From Candidatus Omnitrophota bacterium (GTDB taxonomy: Bacteria; Omnitrophota; Omnitrophia; Omnitrophales; JACROU01): DNA of 64,000 nucleotides. The translations under genes were made by a program, and so were the position numbers. The notes beneath the pieces were generated by a model. It saw only the letters and a program-made list of their open reading frames with translations. It was not told the origin of the DNA and ran no database searches. Location of the stretch: positions 300,480 through 364,479 of the forward strand of contig JAJDCD010000008.1 in assembly GCA_029261035.1 (NCBI GenBank), in the 5' to 3' direction. This document shows, in pieces, positions 20,901-29,533 of the stretch; within the stretch, counting starts at the first letter, position 1, and each line of letters starts with the position of its first letter.

Positions 20901-22651
20901 GTATAATCTAAAAGAATCGGGCCACCTTCTGGCAAGTCAACATAGAACCCTGGGTAATATTTAGAATCCGACGCTAAGCGAATAGATCTGTCTCCAGATT
21001 CTACTGAACCATAAGAAAAGACTGGCGTAGATGGTTCAGGTTTCATGGTTTGATGAATTGAACAAGACACAAGTGTGAGAACACCTCCTAAAGCTGCCAA
21101 ACCAATGGCTCCCGAAAAAAGACGCTTTAAACCCTTTCCCAAACTCGCTGCATTAGATAATACAAAACCTTCTGGATAGGCATTAAATATAAAAGGGTCT
21201 CTTTCCTTAACATCTGCTGACGGAAACACGCCTACTTCTCTTTGCCTTTGCATTAACCGAAGTCTTTGTCTTTGAGCATCAACATCCCTTAAAGCAATCT
21301 CGAAAAAAGAATGTGGCCTGGAGGCTTCACTCATTGTCTTAACATCTTCAATGCCAACACTATCTTCAGACATAATCCTTTTATATTGAGCTTGATGACG
21401 AGAACTTATTTCAGAAATACGAGGAGAAACAACAACATAGGACACACCTTTATCTTTAAGAATTTGCTTAATCGCATTTGAATGGAACCCACCAAAAACA
21501 AGAATGGCCAAATTTTCTTGAGAAAAATCGACAAACTTTCCTATATGGTTTTTTATAGACTGATCTCTAGCATTAGCAATTTCATAAAAACGAATAGATT
21601 TTTCAATATTCGATTCCCATCTCTTAGAAAGTACAATAGACTTTTTTCCATAAGAAGAAATAAAATCAATGCATTCCCGCGTATTTAAAGAGGCAAGAGA
21701 ATCTTTAACAACTTCATACTCCTCCTGAGTAATTTCTACCGCATTCAATCTTTCCAGAAGAGCAAATCCCTTATGATATCCCCAGAGCTTTAAATCCCTT
21801 TCACTATCTAAATATTGAGAAACAAGATCGTTCTCCATCAACTCAACTTCAGCAAACAAAGTCTTAGCATCTATTTTTTTCATCTGTTCTTGAGATCCTT
21901 TTACATCCACCTGCTCTAGTTCTCTTAGTAAAGCAATCGAAGGGTACCTTGAATCCAAATCTATGTTACTTAATAGCTTTTCGGTTCTTTTTAAATAGTC
22001 GAATAAATTCAATTCTTTCCTATCCAATTTTCCTCTAAGTTTCATCCATCGTTTAAGCTCATTCGGAAAGTATCTTTCTGTTAAAACTTTTATTTCTTTT
22101 TGAAGCTCACGCAGGTCGACCTTAACTTGTTGTTTAACAACAGAGGATTCTTTGTATGCCTTAATGTTTTCTAAATGCAGTTTTATTTTATCAACACCTA
22201 TCAATTTAAAATCTTTTTTACGATTAATATGAGCATACTCCGCACCGCTAATCCGAAGTTGATCCATCAAGTCAAAAGATACTTTTTCTTTAACTTTAGG
22301 ATCTTCTATGTCCCCAAAGAACTCATCACTAGGAACAGGTCCTTCATAACCTTCTTCAAAAACAGTTTGAATCCCATTTTCACTCACCATATATTGTATT
22401 ATTTTTGATATGTTCTCTTGCGCTTCTAGAGAGTCGTGCGCATCTTGAATATAGATAATTGTTTTATCACTCTTTCCAACAAAAGACTCTTCCACAGAGC
22501 CCCATTCTTTGGGAATAGTAATCGAAGCCTCCGGATCCGCATACCCCGATGGAGCATATTGAAGAACCGTGAAAAACATGAATGAAATAGACAGAAAAAT
22601 AGCGGTGGGCTTATAAAATAGATGAGGTTTTAACTTAATTTGAAACTTCAT
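17993..22651 (-). CDS. Giant secreted protein (about 1550 aa), paralog of 715-5460. Conserved N-terminal domain, internal lipobox-like segment (LAALGGVLTLVSC), C-terminal WD40 β-propeller
   Basis: Probable start at internal Met MKFQIKL… (ATG 22649-22651, signal peptide ending GYA). WD40-type repeats with VWD/LWQ/RWD/IWK/VWY motifs. Confidence 0.75.
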   Translation of the reverse strand: MKFQIKLKPHLFYKPTAIFLSISFMFFTVLQYAPSGYADPEASITIPKEWGSVEESFVGKSDKTIIYIQDAHDSLEAQENISKIIQYMVSENGIQTVFEEGYEGPVPSDEFFGDIEDPKVKEKVSFDLMDQLRISGAEYAHINRKKDFKLIGVDKIKLHLENIKAYKESSVVKQQVKVDLRELQKEIKVLTERYFPNELKRWMKLRGKLDRKELNLFDYLKRTEKLLSNIDLDSRYPSIALLRELEQVDVKGSQEQMKKIDAKTLFAEVELMENDLVSQYLDSERDLKLWGYHKGFALLERLNAVEITQEEYEVVKDSLASLNTRECIDFISSYGKKSIVLSKRWESNIEKSIRFYEIANARDQSIKNHIGKFVDFSQENLAILVFGGFHSNAIKQILKDKGVSYVVVSPRISEISSRHQAQYKRIMSEDSVGIEDVKTMSEASRPHSFFEIALRDVDAQRQRLRLMQRQREVGVFPSADVKERDPFIFNAYPEGFVLSNAASLGKGLKRLFSGAIGLAALGGVLTLVSCSIHQTMKPEPSTPVFSYGSVESGDRSIRLASDSKYYPGFYVDLPEGGPILLDYTHDEAMGSKFFTRMAKPGRETLLFYENKGGSQEDPRARMKLEWARDLSDYNFVNIKFRNPSTVDGGLWLLELWNYSEGSYDTRLASANIQLGRDNYWKLMQVGLIPSEKPLTHITLTWLGGGDRIIEIKAVRLAKQPLSEFLTQHSDAVGVAEEHEGQSLGSSQGETLEHKLAKDLLAKAVHPNDLELFINTQIFGSMDDMMAPLEPSVRDITLEFLSEMNIDLRNIYEGSNTTQFLTRVVEVMRVEIRKVKDSGRTMVISDKQGDVPSKPKEDSATGKYVWDGESFIDNPDFSEAWDLAFSLSDPNFKEQKRLVLLGLSRESEMLEWVSQLRPEDLLRIRKILFESIYAKNKKVLEQMLSTTNVLRVINQRIDSEGVFDWSQPVKDSFLMEAGSGGGGKMAFYPDATHIVEGGNEGNVRVWDVDKRKQSPVGEFLKLDGSITNIEFNPQGSHLLVESNVVRKMVRSERLRASISKKTSKGTGGVLKIVTGENGERKLELATGSPSLWEEKLGVKRLLSSSNRGRERFSPDGLQLVTYGKDKAAQILDVETGEPIIKKLKTFLGTVSFAVMSPGGELVATLSQSNKHVYLWQRESGEKLEKVFIHEKKVVLVRFNRTGSEMLTVTEDYSIHRWDIAAGELVGEEIKHKNAVADVDYNFDGNRILVASNDYGQLYRNTKKASRFGKKLRHDQAVNAAVLSPKSDKVATASDDGTVRIWKEKTQRLLGEPLVHDSPVLSVLFSPDGSRLATATEDGSLKVWYAPLSDRYKYLGQHFPELLHPNERRLSDAKSLGAVVPTIQSKLDITTLSSFKERVNLFINYEDLKNFSREQLDEIFKYALRNKKQLQVVVVNASPFNKHPLLNLPNIYFTSHSEQKASKEVRKAKHNLHLSRTVDPSKDFALIGGNKFRYPNDDNGLLGVALLYTQAKDKNLFLMEYGLKQVDGFFSVVKESLLALIQANESQLLISRAA

Positions 22652-22817
22652 TGACGCTCTATTCTCCCAAAGACAATAAGGAGAAATATACCACATCTCC
22701 CCCCTGTTTCCAGTCATTAGAGGATGATTTAAGTAAACAATAACCCTAACTTTTGCGGGAGTAAGTGGTTATGAAAATAGAAGGTTTTTATAGATTTAAA
22801 GAATAAGGCGGGGTTAG

Positions 22818-23726
22818 TTATTTCTTGTCTTTATACGTCTTCTTGCCCTTCCATCGTTTATGCGTCCATAACCATTGTTCTGGGTGAGCAACTATCTGTT
22901 CTTCTAATCTGCGATTCAATTCTTGTGTCAAACTCTCAATCGATGCATCTTCATGATCCTTCAAGTATATTTCTGGATGACAATAAATCTCGTACCGGCC
23001 AGGAGCAACCCTAAAACAATAAGTAGGAATCAGAGCGCATCCCGTCTTTTTTGCTAGACGAGCCGGAAGAGAAATTGTTGATGCTTTCCGACCAAAAAAG
23101 TCAACCCAAAGCTCATCGTTCCCAGCCCATTGGTCCGTAGTAATCGCAATCATATGATTCTGTTTTAAGTGGGATAGTATTTCTTTTGCCGCTCCAACTT
23201 TAGGCGTGTTCTTAACACTCACTGATTTTCTTAAACCTAAAATCCATCGATCCACAAAGGGATTTCGGACAGACCTTCCTAACACGGTGCAATCGTATTT
23301 TTTTAAATGTGGTACAAAGGCAAGATATTCCCAAGGGCCCAGATGAGACATAATCAGAATTGCCCCCTTACCCTTCGCAAAAGCCTGATCAAAATGTTCA
23401 GTGCCTTCAAGACGGATGTTTTCTTTAGACACTTTCTCAAACTTAGTAATCCTAAAAAACTCCATAATAGAAACCGTAAGATGATAAAAGGATTGTAAAG
23501 CGATCTTCTTTTTCTCTGCAACAGATTTGGAGTCACCAAAAGCAATCGTAAGGTTATCCATAGCAACTTTACGTCTTCCAGGCATTACAAAATACATAAC
23601 ACCTCCAATTCTTCTGACAATCCAAGTAGAAACAGTAATGGGCAAAAGGTTCATCAACTCCGTTACGCTTCGTAAAAGAGCATACTCAAACATTCTCCAC
23701 AAAATCTTTAATTTACTAAAAAACAA
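22818..23726 (-). CDS. Lysophospholipid/lipid A acyltransferase (LpxL/HtrB-like family)
   Basis: N-terminal membrane anchor. HLGPWE motif (family consensus HxGNWE). Confidence 0.6.
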   Translation of the reverse strand: MFFSKLKILWRMFEYALLRSVTELMNLLPITVSTWIVRRIGGVMYFVMPGRRKVAMDNLTIAFGDSKSVAEKKKIALQSFYHLTVSIMEFFRITKFEKVSKENIRLEGTEHFDQAFAKGKGAILIMSHLGPWEYLAFVPHLKKYDCTVLGRSVRNPFVDRWILGLRKSVSVKNTPKVGAAKEILSHLKQNHMIAITTDQWAGNDELWVDFFGRKASTISLPARLAKKTGCALIPTYCFRVAPGRYEIYCHPEIYLKDHEDASIESLTQELNRRLEEQIVAHPEQWLWTHKRWKGKKTYKDKK

Positions 23727-23759
23727 AATCGCCCCCTAAAAAAATAAAAGAACTGCTCT

Positions 23760-23975
23760 AAAAGGAAAGAAAGTTTGGCCCGCCAAACAAAGATGAGACA
23801 TGCCAGTGCCTTAGCGCCTGCCTACCGTTAGGTAGGTAGTTTGGTGCCCGTGAACCAGACTAATCACTTCGCTAGCGCTTTGTAGTCGGTACAGGGCTAC
23901 CAAATTAAGGAAAGAAAGTTCCTTAATTTGGTGGAGGCGGTTCTTTGCCCACCCTCTTTAAACTTGTCATGTCAT
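23760..23975. other. Intergenic segment with four consecutive stable hairpins (candidate structured RNA, terminator or leader)
   Basis: Hairpins: gtttgg-cccg-ccaaac; cctacc-gtta-ggtagg; long imperfect hairpin 23839-23905 (tttggtgccc…gggctaccaaa); aattaagga-aagaaagt-tccttaatt. ggaaagaaagtt occurs twice. Confidence 0.35.
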
Positions 23976-24012
23976 AATGCACTAATTTTAACACATTAAT
24001 CTGTACGAATAA

Positions 24013-25848
24013 CTAACTTATTAATTTCAAATGTCTGATTCTAACTTTCCCTTTTGGAAATCGTTCTGCATTTTGATTTTCTATCACAAATGCAATATCA
24101 AAATTTTGATAAATGGGATCCGGGAAAGAAATGGATATTTTTTGCCATGCCGGCGTCACCTTAATGTGTTTTAAATATAAGTACTGTCCATTAGACTTTA
24201 ATTCTAATTTTAATAATTTAGGAAAACCTTTATTAGAAAATCCTCTTATTTGAAAATCTAACTGCTTATAATTTGGCCCTTCCATTAAATTCGGAATAAT
24301 ATACACCCCCCCATAGCTGTAACGTCTATGAACATCGTAATAAATATCCAAGTAACTCGCAATATCCTTGGGAGTTATTATTTCGTAATTAAACAAAGCT
24401 CTTCCAGATTCTTGAAATACATCTACCTTTTTATGTTCCCTTAGCAGATCAATAGTAATCCCATTTGATGATTGAACTAGAGCTTCTTCTTTAACATCTT
24501 TTCTTATGCTCTGAAATGAAAGGTGGTCTTGTTCTTCCGCCAAGAATGTGGCTGCTTTTTGAGCCCAACCTTTTTGAGTTAAATAGTCCCAAAAATAATT
24601 ACTGATCGTTTTTTGCCCATTCATAACACTCAATAGATTGGAAATAGCTAGTAACTCCATCCCTTTATCAAGGGCCAGTATATTTCGATTGATCTCCTTC
24701 GTTACAGGGTTAATTGAGTCAGAAAACCCATAATTAGGATTAAAAACATTGGAGTTCAGCTGCTGAATCTGTCTTAAATTCTGCACGCTTCCAGGTAGGT
24801 CATATTTCAATGCTAAAAACGTAGAATAGATAGTAACAAATTCACTGGGAAATTGATTATAGGCAATCTCAGGGACCCCAGCCATTTCATAACGATTTTT
24901 ATTAGGCACTTCCCCATTAGAAAATCCCCAAATACCTTGTCTACTCAGTTTCTTCCCCCGATCTTTATGAATACGAATCATATTAATTGCATTAACTCTA
25001 AAAGCATTAGGAGCCTTCTCGTCTCCAGCAATAAATTCATCTGCAAGGAGTGTTTCATATAAACTCCCTCCCCAAGGGGCTACTACTTTGATCCTCTCAT
25101 TTTCTTTTGTTTCGTATTCCCGAACCAATCTGCTTTGGTCTTTCCAAATTGCTTCGGAAAGATTTTCTTTCAATATAGCGTACAGCAGCACCATACGAGC
25201 TTCCGTATTAAGAATCAGGTAATCACTGTCTGAATAACGTTTTTCTCGAGTATCCCATCCTAAGTTCAGACGAAATTGATTATCTTTTTCCTGAAAGAAA
25301 AAAGTATAGTCTTTGTCACTCAAATAAGCTTCAATCTCTGAGGCAAATAGAGTTCCCGAATACATCTGTGATGTAATCGCCAAACAGATATCTAAAATTC
25401 CATTATCCAATGATGAAACAAATTGGGATAGCGTCACTTGAGGAATTTTTCCTTTTTTTCCCGAAACATAATACCAGTTGAAAAGAAATCCTCTATAAGT
25501 CTCCAGTTGCTTCAATTTAGAGAATAATACTATCCCTCTACTCAAAGCTTCTTTTTCAGTCAAAACCCCTCTTTGTTGAGCAAGAATCAAATGCAAAAAC
25601 CCAAAACCAATATTAGTGGGAGAAGTCTTACTAGAATAATCATTATGATAATCGATCTTTATCCCATCCCCTACAATACGTCCAATGTCCACTGGAAATT
25701 CTGTTTCTGAATCAATGAGTGCGCTAAACCCATTAAATGTAGCCTTCTCAATCTTCTTTAAATAATCCAGCTGATCTTCACTTGCCATAAGAGGCTCACA
25801 CACACCCATCAACAAATAACTTAAGAAAATAAAAGTAAAGTTTCTCAT
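24013..25848 (-). CDS. Secreted glycoside-hydrolase-like protein of the DUF3131/GH144-like (endo-β-1,2-glucanase-related) family
   Basis: Start at internal ATG 25846-25848 (MRNFTFIF…, signal peptide). Shares motifs with the C-terminal domain of 31998-34148 (ILALDKGMELLAISN versus YLALDQAMILVAINN; GFSDSINP). Confidence 0.55.
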   Translation of the reverse strand: MRNFTFIFLSYLLMGVCEPLMASEDQLDYLKKIEKATFNGFSALIDSETEFPVDIGRIVGDGIKIDYHNDYSSKTSPTNIGFGFLHLILAQQRGVLTEKEALSRGIVLFSKLKQLETYRGFLFNWYYVSGKKGKIPQVTLSQFVSSLDNGILDICLAITSQMYSGTLFASEIEAYLSDKDYTFFFQEKDNQFRLNLGWDTREKRYSDSDYLILNTEARMVLLYAILKENLSEAIWKDQSRLVREYETKENERIKVVAPWGGSLYETLLADEFIAGDEKAPNAFRVNAINMIRIHKDRGKKLSRQGIWGFSNGEVPNKNRYEMAGVPEIAYNQFPSEFVTIYSTFLALKYDLPGSVQNLRQIQQLNSNVFNPNYGFSDSINPVTKEINRNILALDKGMELLAISNLLSVMNGQKTISNYFWDYLTQKGWAQKAATFLAEEQDHLSFQSIRKDVKEEALVQSSNGITIDLLREHKKVDVFQESGRALFNYEIITPKDIASYLDIYYDVHRRYSYGGVYIIPNLMEGPNYKQLDFQIRGFSNKGFPKLLKLELKSNGQYLYLKHIKVTPAWQKISISFPDPIYQNFDIAFVIENQNAERFPKGKVRIRHLKLIS

Positions 25849-25853
25849 CAATT

Positions 25854-26114
25854 TTATTCCTCCAATCGTTGCAATAACGCCTTTTCCTGATTTAAGTTCA
25901 CAAAACAAATTTGTTCTATACCTTCTAAATTCTCATCGACAAATATAAAGGTTGTTTTATGAACACGAAAGACCTTAGCCGCTTTCGTTTGAACATGTCC
26001 TTTTTCAATTAAATGAATCTCCTTATTTAACACCTCTAATCCAACTTCTTGAGAATAGTTTAACTCCCCATAAAGATTTTTTATGATTTGCCCCATAACA
26101 TTTGCAGTATTCAT
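25854..26114 (-). CDS. Small hypothetical protein (86 aa)
   Basis: ORF lying between a LacI-type operator and the GH144-like gene. Confidence 0.4.
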   Translation of the reverse strand: MNTANVMGQIIKNLYGELNYSQEVGLEVLNKEIHLIEKGHVQTKAAKVFRVHKTTFIFVDENLEGIEQICFVNLNQEKALLQRLEE

Positions 26115-26133
26115 AGATTTCCTCCTTAATAAA

Positions 26134-26147
26134 TGTAAACGGTTACA
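26134..26147. promoter_or_regulatory. LacI-family operator-like palindrome tgtaaacggttaca
   Basis: Matches the TGTAAnCGnTTACA class of LacI/CcpA-type operators. Upstream of the 25854-26114 / GH144-like gene pair. Confidence 0.55.
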
Positions 26148-26163
26148 TTGTTAAATAAAAATT

Positions 26164-27180
26164 TTATCCGCTTTTTCCTATTACCAATTTAGGATCAAAC
26201 TTGATTCTTTGTATAACTTTAACTGAGTTGTCCATTACCTCAATTAAGACTCTTACAGCCTTTTCCCCCATTTTTTCCAGAGGTTGTTCTATCGTTGTTA
26301 CTTCACACCAATCCGCCTCTTTTAGTTGTGAGCCATCAAACCCTACAACAGCAATATCTTCTGGAACTTTTATTTTCAAATGCTTTAACGCTTTAATCAC
26401 CCCTCTAGCAATATCATCATTTGCTCCAAAAAAAACATCAGGTTTTTTTTGTGTATTCCATTGAGACAGAACGCTGTGATAAGCAGCCTCTACTTCAAAA
26501 CGACTAGAATTAATATTGAAGTTATTGTCTAATTTAAAATTCATTTTTTTTGCTAAGGTTTTAAAAAATTGATACCTCGCTTTTGCATCATAAGAAACAT
26601 ATTCTGGACCTCTAATCATCCCTATTTTATGATACCCTTTTTTCTTAAAATGTTTTAGCAGCTCTTCAACTCCATGCTTTTGATCAGCATAAACTATATG
26701 AGTATTTATTTTGTTATGATAATCATTTATTAAAACAGCTGGGATATGTGAAGAACCCCCAATATTCTGCACCACTTTAGGGAACAAATTCCAATTCAAT
26801 AAAATGATTCCATCCACAAGGTACTGGTCAACTATACTTTTAAGCGTAATACCCTCTTGATCTTCATCTCGGATTAAAATCCATTTTAAGTCATAACTTG
26901 TTTCCTTAATCCCTTCAATAATCCCTGATATTAATCGCTGAAAATAAGGACTTAATACAATGTCAGAGGAAAAAGTTGTAACCATACCAATTGTTTCTGT
27001 TTTATTTTTCGAAAGTATACGAGCCGCCCTATTGGGGATGTAATTAAGGCTTTTAATTACAGCATTCACTTTTTTACGAGTTTCTTCCCGTACCAATTCT
27101 CTTTTTTCAGGGTCCAGACACCGAGAAACAGTGGCAACAGATACTCCTGCTTTTTTTGCAATCTCCCGAATTCCAAGCAT
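26164..27180 (-). CDS. LacI-family transcriptional regulator
   Basis: N-terminal HTH (IREIAKKAGVSVATVSRCL) followed by a periplasmic-binding-protein-like sugar-binding domain. Confidence 0.85.
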   Translation of the reverse strand: MLGIREIAKKAGVSVATVSRCLDPEKRELVREETRKKVNAVIKSLNYIPNRAARILSKNKTETIGMVTTFSSDIVLSPYFQRLISGIIEGIKETSYDLKWILIRDEDQEGITLKSIVDQYLVDGIILLNWNLFPKVVQNIGGSSHIPAVLINDYHNKINTHIVYADQKHGVEELLKHFKKKGYHKIGMIRGPEYVSYDAKARYQFFKTLAKKMNFKLDNNFNINSSRFEVEAAYHSVLSQWNTQKKPDVFFGANDDIARGVIKALKHLKIKVPEDIAVVGFDGSQLKEADWCEVTTIEQPLEKMGEKAVRVLIEVMDNSVKVIQRIKFDPKLVIGKSG

Positions 27181-27195
27181 TTTTACCTCCTTTAA

Positions 27196-27209
27196 TGTAA
27201 CCGGTTACA
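27196..27209. promoter_or_regulatory. Perfect LacI-type operator palindrome tgtaaccggttaca
   Basis: 14-bp perfect palindrome 16 nt upstream of the lacI-family gene start, suggesting autoregulation. Confidence 0.6.
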
Positions 27210-27379
27210 AATATAACAAACTAATAACAGTCTGTCAAATCTATTTCCTGCAATATCTAAGTGAAATTCATTACCGAATTGATACTAACTCAGGTCTCAA
27301 CTAAGAGCAGATTTCAAAAGTACACTGTTTTTGTAATACAACAACTCTATTAGGTATTCATCCTGGTTTACTGCCAAGA

Positions 27380-27787
27380 TGGTGGAGGCGGAGGGAATTG
27401 CACCCTCGTCCAAAGAAATTATTAAAAGAGGTCCTACATGCTTAGTTTTTTCTTTTAATTTAACCGCTTAAGCTCCGAAAAAACAGGATCAGAAGCAGCG
27501 ATTCCCTTTAAAGTTTCGGAACAAAACCAGAGACCTGTTTTATTCCTATCCTGCTAAATTACATCTAAAAGCGCCCGCAGGCTGAAGCTAATAGATGTCG
27601 CTGAACCTAATTAGGCAGCGAGTGGTAGAGCAACAGGAGCAAAATTCACATTGTGAAGTTCTACTCTGTCACCCAGACTGATGTTCTTATCAGCATTTAT
27701 GTTTTGTGAGGTGTTTTAAGAGGCCTCCCCACCACCTCTGCATGCACGCTCTTCCACTAACATTCTCTGTCGATGCTAGTCGCCCCC
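27380..27787 (-). ncRNA. ssrA: tmRNA (SsrA)
   Basis: 5' GGGGGCGACUAGC… pairs with 3' …GGACGAGGGUGCAAUUCCCUCCGCCUCCACCA (tRNA-like acceptor plus T-arm). Internal tag reading frame …NFAPVALPLAA followed by UAA UAG. Adjacent to smpB. Confidence 0.85.
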
Positions 27788-27887
27788 AAAATATTAGCGT
27801 AGAGCGTTTAGCGCATAGCGGATAGTTTCTATTTGCCAAAAGACAAATGACTTCTATACGCTCCACGCTACGCGCTATTCGCTAATA

Positions 27888-28364
27888 TCACTTTTTCATA
27901 GATTGCTTCACACTTCGATCAATTTCTCGCTGAGCAATCTTCTTTTTTAGATCGTCACGCTTATCAAAGTGCTTTTTACCTTCGCAAACGGCTATTTCTA
28001 ACTTAACCCATCCACGCTTAAAGTATAGCTTAATTGGGATACAAGTGAAACCTTTTCGTGTTACCTTTCCCATCAAACGTTCTATTTCTACTCTATTTAA
28101 CAATAACTTACGTTCTCTTACAGGGTCTGGAATATCAAAAGAAATGTGAGAGTATGGATTAATATGCAAATTAATCACAAAGGCTTGAGATCCTTTAAAA
28201 CGAACAAAGGAGTCACCTATGTTTACTCGGCCTTCACGAATGGACTTCACCTCACATCCAGCCAAGGAAATACCAGCCTCATACTTCTCTAAGACATGAT
28301 AATCGTGAAGTGCTTTTCTATTCGTTAAAACAACGCTATGTTTCTTCTGATCTTTTTTATTCAT
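27888..28364 (-). CDS. smpB: SsrA-binding protein SmpB
   Basis: Family signature (…KLYFKRGWVKLEIAVCEGKKHFDKR…). Immediately upstream of ssrA. Confidence 0.9.
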   Translation of the reverse strand: MNKKDQKKHSVVLTNRKALHDYHVLEKYEAGISLAGCEVKSIREGRVNIGDSFVRFKGSQAFVINLHINPYSHISFDIPDPVRERKLLLNRVEIERLMGKVTRKGFTCIPIKLYFKRGWVKLEIAVCEGKKHFDKRDDLKKKIAQREIDRSVKQSMKK

Positions 28365-28384
28365 TTACCTTCTCTCTATTCCTA

Positions 28385-28500
28385 TGCCTGAGATTGCCGC
28401 GCTTCCTTTTTCAATGCTCGCAATGACAATTCCTTCCTTAGCTATTCGTTTTGTCTGAGATTTCCACGACCTCTCTGCTGATAGTCTAGCAATGACAATT
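28385..28500 (+). repeat. Dispersed REP-like element, copy B: two direct tandem units
   Basis: cctgagattgccgcg…ctcgcaatgacaatt and tctgagatttccacg…tctagcaatgacaatt. Confidence 0.8.
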
Positions 28501-28508
28501 TCTTCCTT

Positions 28509-28527
28509 AATCTATCTGGATCCCCGA
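28509..28527. other. Perfect 7-bp-stem hairpin tccccga-tcgag-tcgggga
   Basis: Palindrome immediately after REP-like copy B. Confidence 0.4.
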
Positions 28528-28642
28528 TCGAGTCGGGGATGACAGCGTTTTTATATTTCAAATAGGGTGGTGTATTCTACTATCTAATAGGATAAAATCA
28601 AAATATCTTATATTGAGTCCTTAACAAATAAAAAAGGACTGC

Positions 28643-28676
28643 CCAAATAGGACAGCCCTTTTTACATTTTATAAAA
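28643..28676 (-). terminator. Putative terminator downstream of the PAS gene (A/T-flanked imperfect hairpin)
   Basis: aaaaaggactgcccaaataggacagccctttttac. Stem is imperfect. Confidence 0.3.
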
Positions 28677-28696
28677 TTGACTCCAAAAATCCTACA

Positions 28697-29320
28697 CTAT
28701 TCTGTTCCGTACTTCTTTTCCTTACCTAATTCACATCGTAAATTATCTACTTCTTCATGTAAATCAGCAACCTCATGCTTCCACTGTTCTGCATCTTTAT
28801 CCAATTTTACAAACTTCTCAATACGCTCTTTATTTCCTTCTTGTTTTTCGTTCCGAGCTGAAATATCTCTGATAATCGCCACTCCACCCACCACTTTCCC
28901 AAATTGGTGTAATGGAGATGCATTTACCTCTACAATACGCGTGGTCCCATCTTTATTACGAATTCGAAACATGTTAAAAGTAGAATATTCCCCCTTAAGT
29001 ACATTGTAGAATAGCTTAAATCCTTCCGCCAAATCATCTAAGCTCATAAACATTCTGAAGTGTCGTCCCATTACCTCATCTTTTTCATATCCACACATGT
29101 TAAGTGATGCTTTATTAGAAAATGTAATTCTACCAGCCAAATCGACGATAATAGCCCCGTCTCGCTGGTGTTCCAGGAAGTAGAAAAACTCCTTTTTCAC
29201 ATCTTCAAGTTCACGCATTTTCTTGCTCATAGCACGTTTCAGGTTTAAGTATTTGCTCTTCATTGGGTCATGTGAAGAAACCTGTTTATCTAGCTGTTTT
29301 TTAATGTCCATCTGCATCAA
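28697..29320 (-). CDS. PAS-domain protein (207 aa)
   Basis: PAS-like core (…ITFSNKASLNMCGYEKDEVMGRHFRMF…). Coiled-coil at the C-terminus. Confidence 0.55.
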   Translation of the reverse strand: MMQMDIKKQLDKQVSSHDPMKSKYLNLKRAMSKKMRELEDVKKEFFYFLEHQRDGAIIVDLAGRITFSNKASLNMCGYEKDEVMGRHFRMFMSLDDLAEGFKLFYNVLKGEYSTFNMFRIRNKDGTTRIVEVNASPLHQFGKVVGGVAIIRDISARNEKQEGNKERIEKFVKLDKDAEQWKHEVADLHEEVDNLRCELGKEKKYGTE

Positions 29321-29533
29321 CCCACTTTCATTGTAAATTTATAAAGTATGTAATTTATTTGTATATCTATGGATAATTATACCTGGCAATATAGGGGAAT
29401 ACAAATAGCCTCCTAAGTTATTGCTATCAAAAGACTTGCGTATTTTTTATGTAAGTTGTTTGTTTATATAGGGTTGGGACAATGGGATTAGGTCGTTTTT
29501 TCTTCTAATTAAGCTAAAAGCAGCCCAGTCTCA

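Noticed and set aside
19464-22408. Plus-strand ORFs of 68-81 aa (19464-19694, 19970-20222, 21482-21688, 22175-22408) inside the giant minus-strand gene.
   Set aside because: Fully nested antisense ORFs with low-complexity translations and no RBS. The long minus-strand ORF with a paralog explains the region.
23760-23975. Tried to assign the structured intergenic region to SRP RNA, 6S RNA or RNase P RNA.
   Set aside because: Conserved SRP domain IV (GGAAGCAGC-type) and RNase P P4 (GGAAAGUCCGGGCUC) motifs are absent, and the length is wrong for RNase P.
28677-29009. Plus-strand 110-aa ORF overlapping the PAS-domain gene.
   Set aside because: The minus-strand product has a recognisable PAS fold pattern. 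The plus ORF is Ser/Cys-rich low-complexity.
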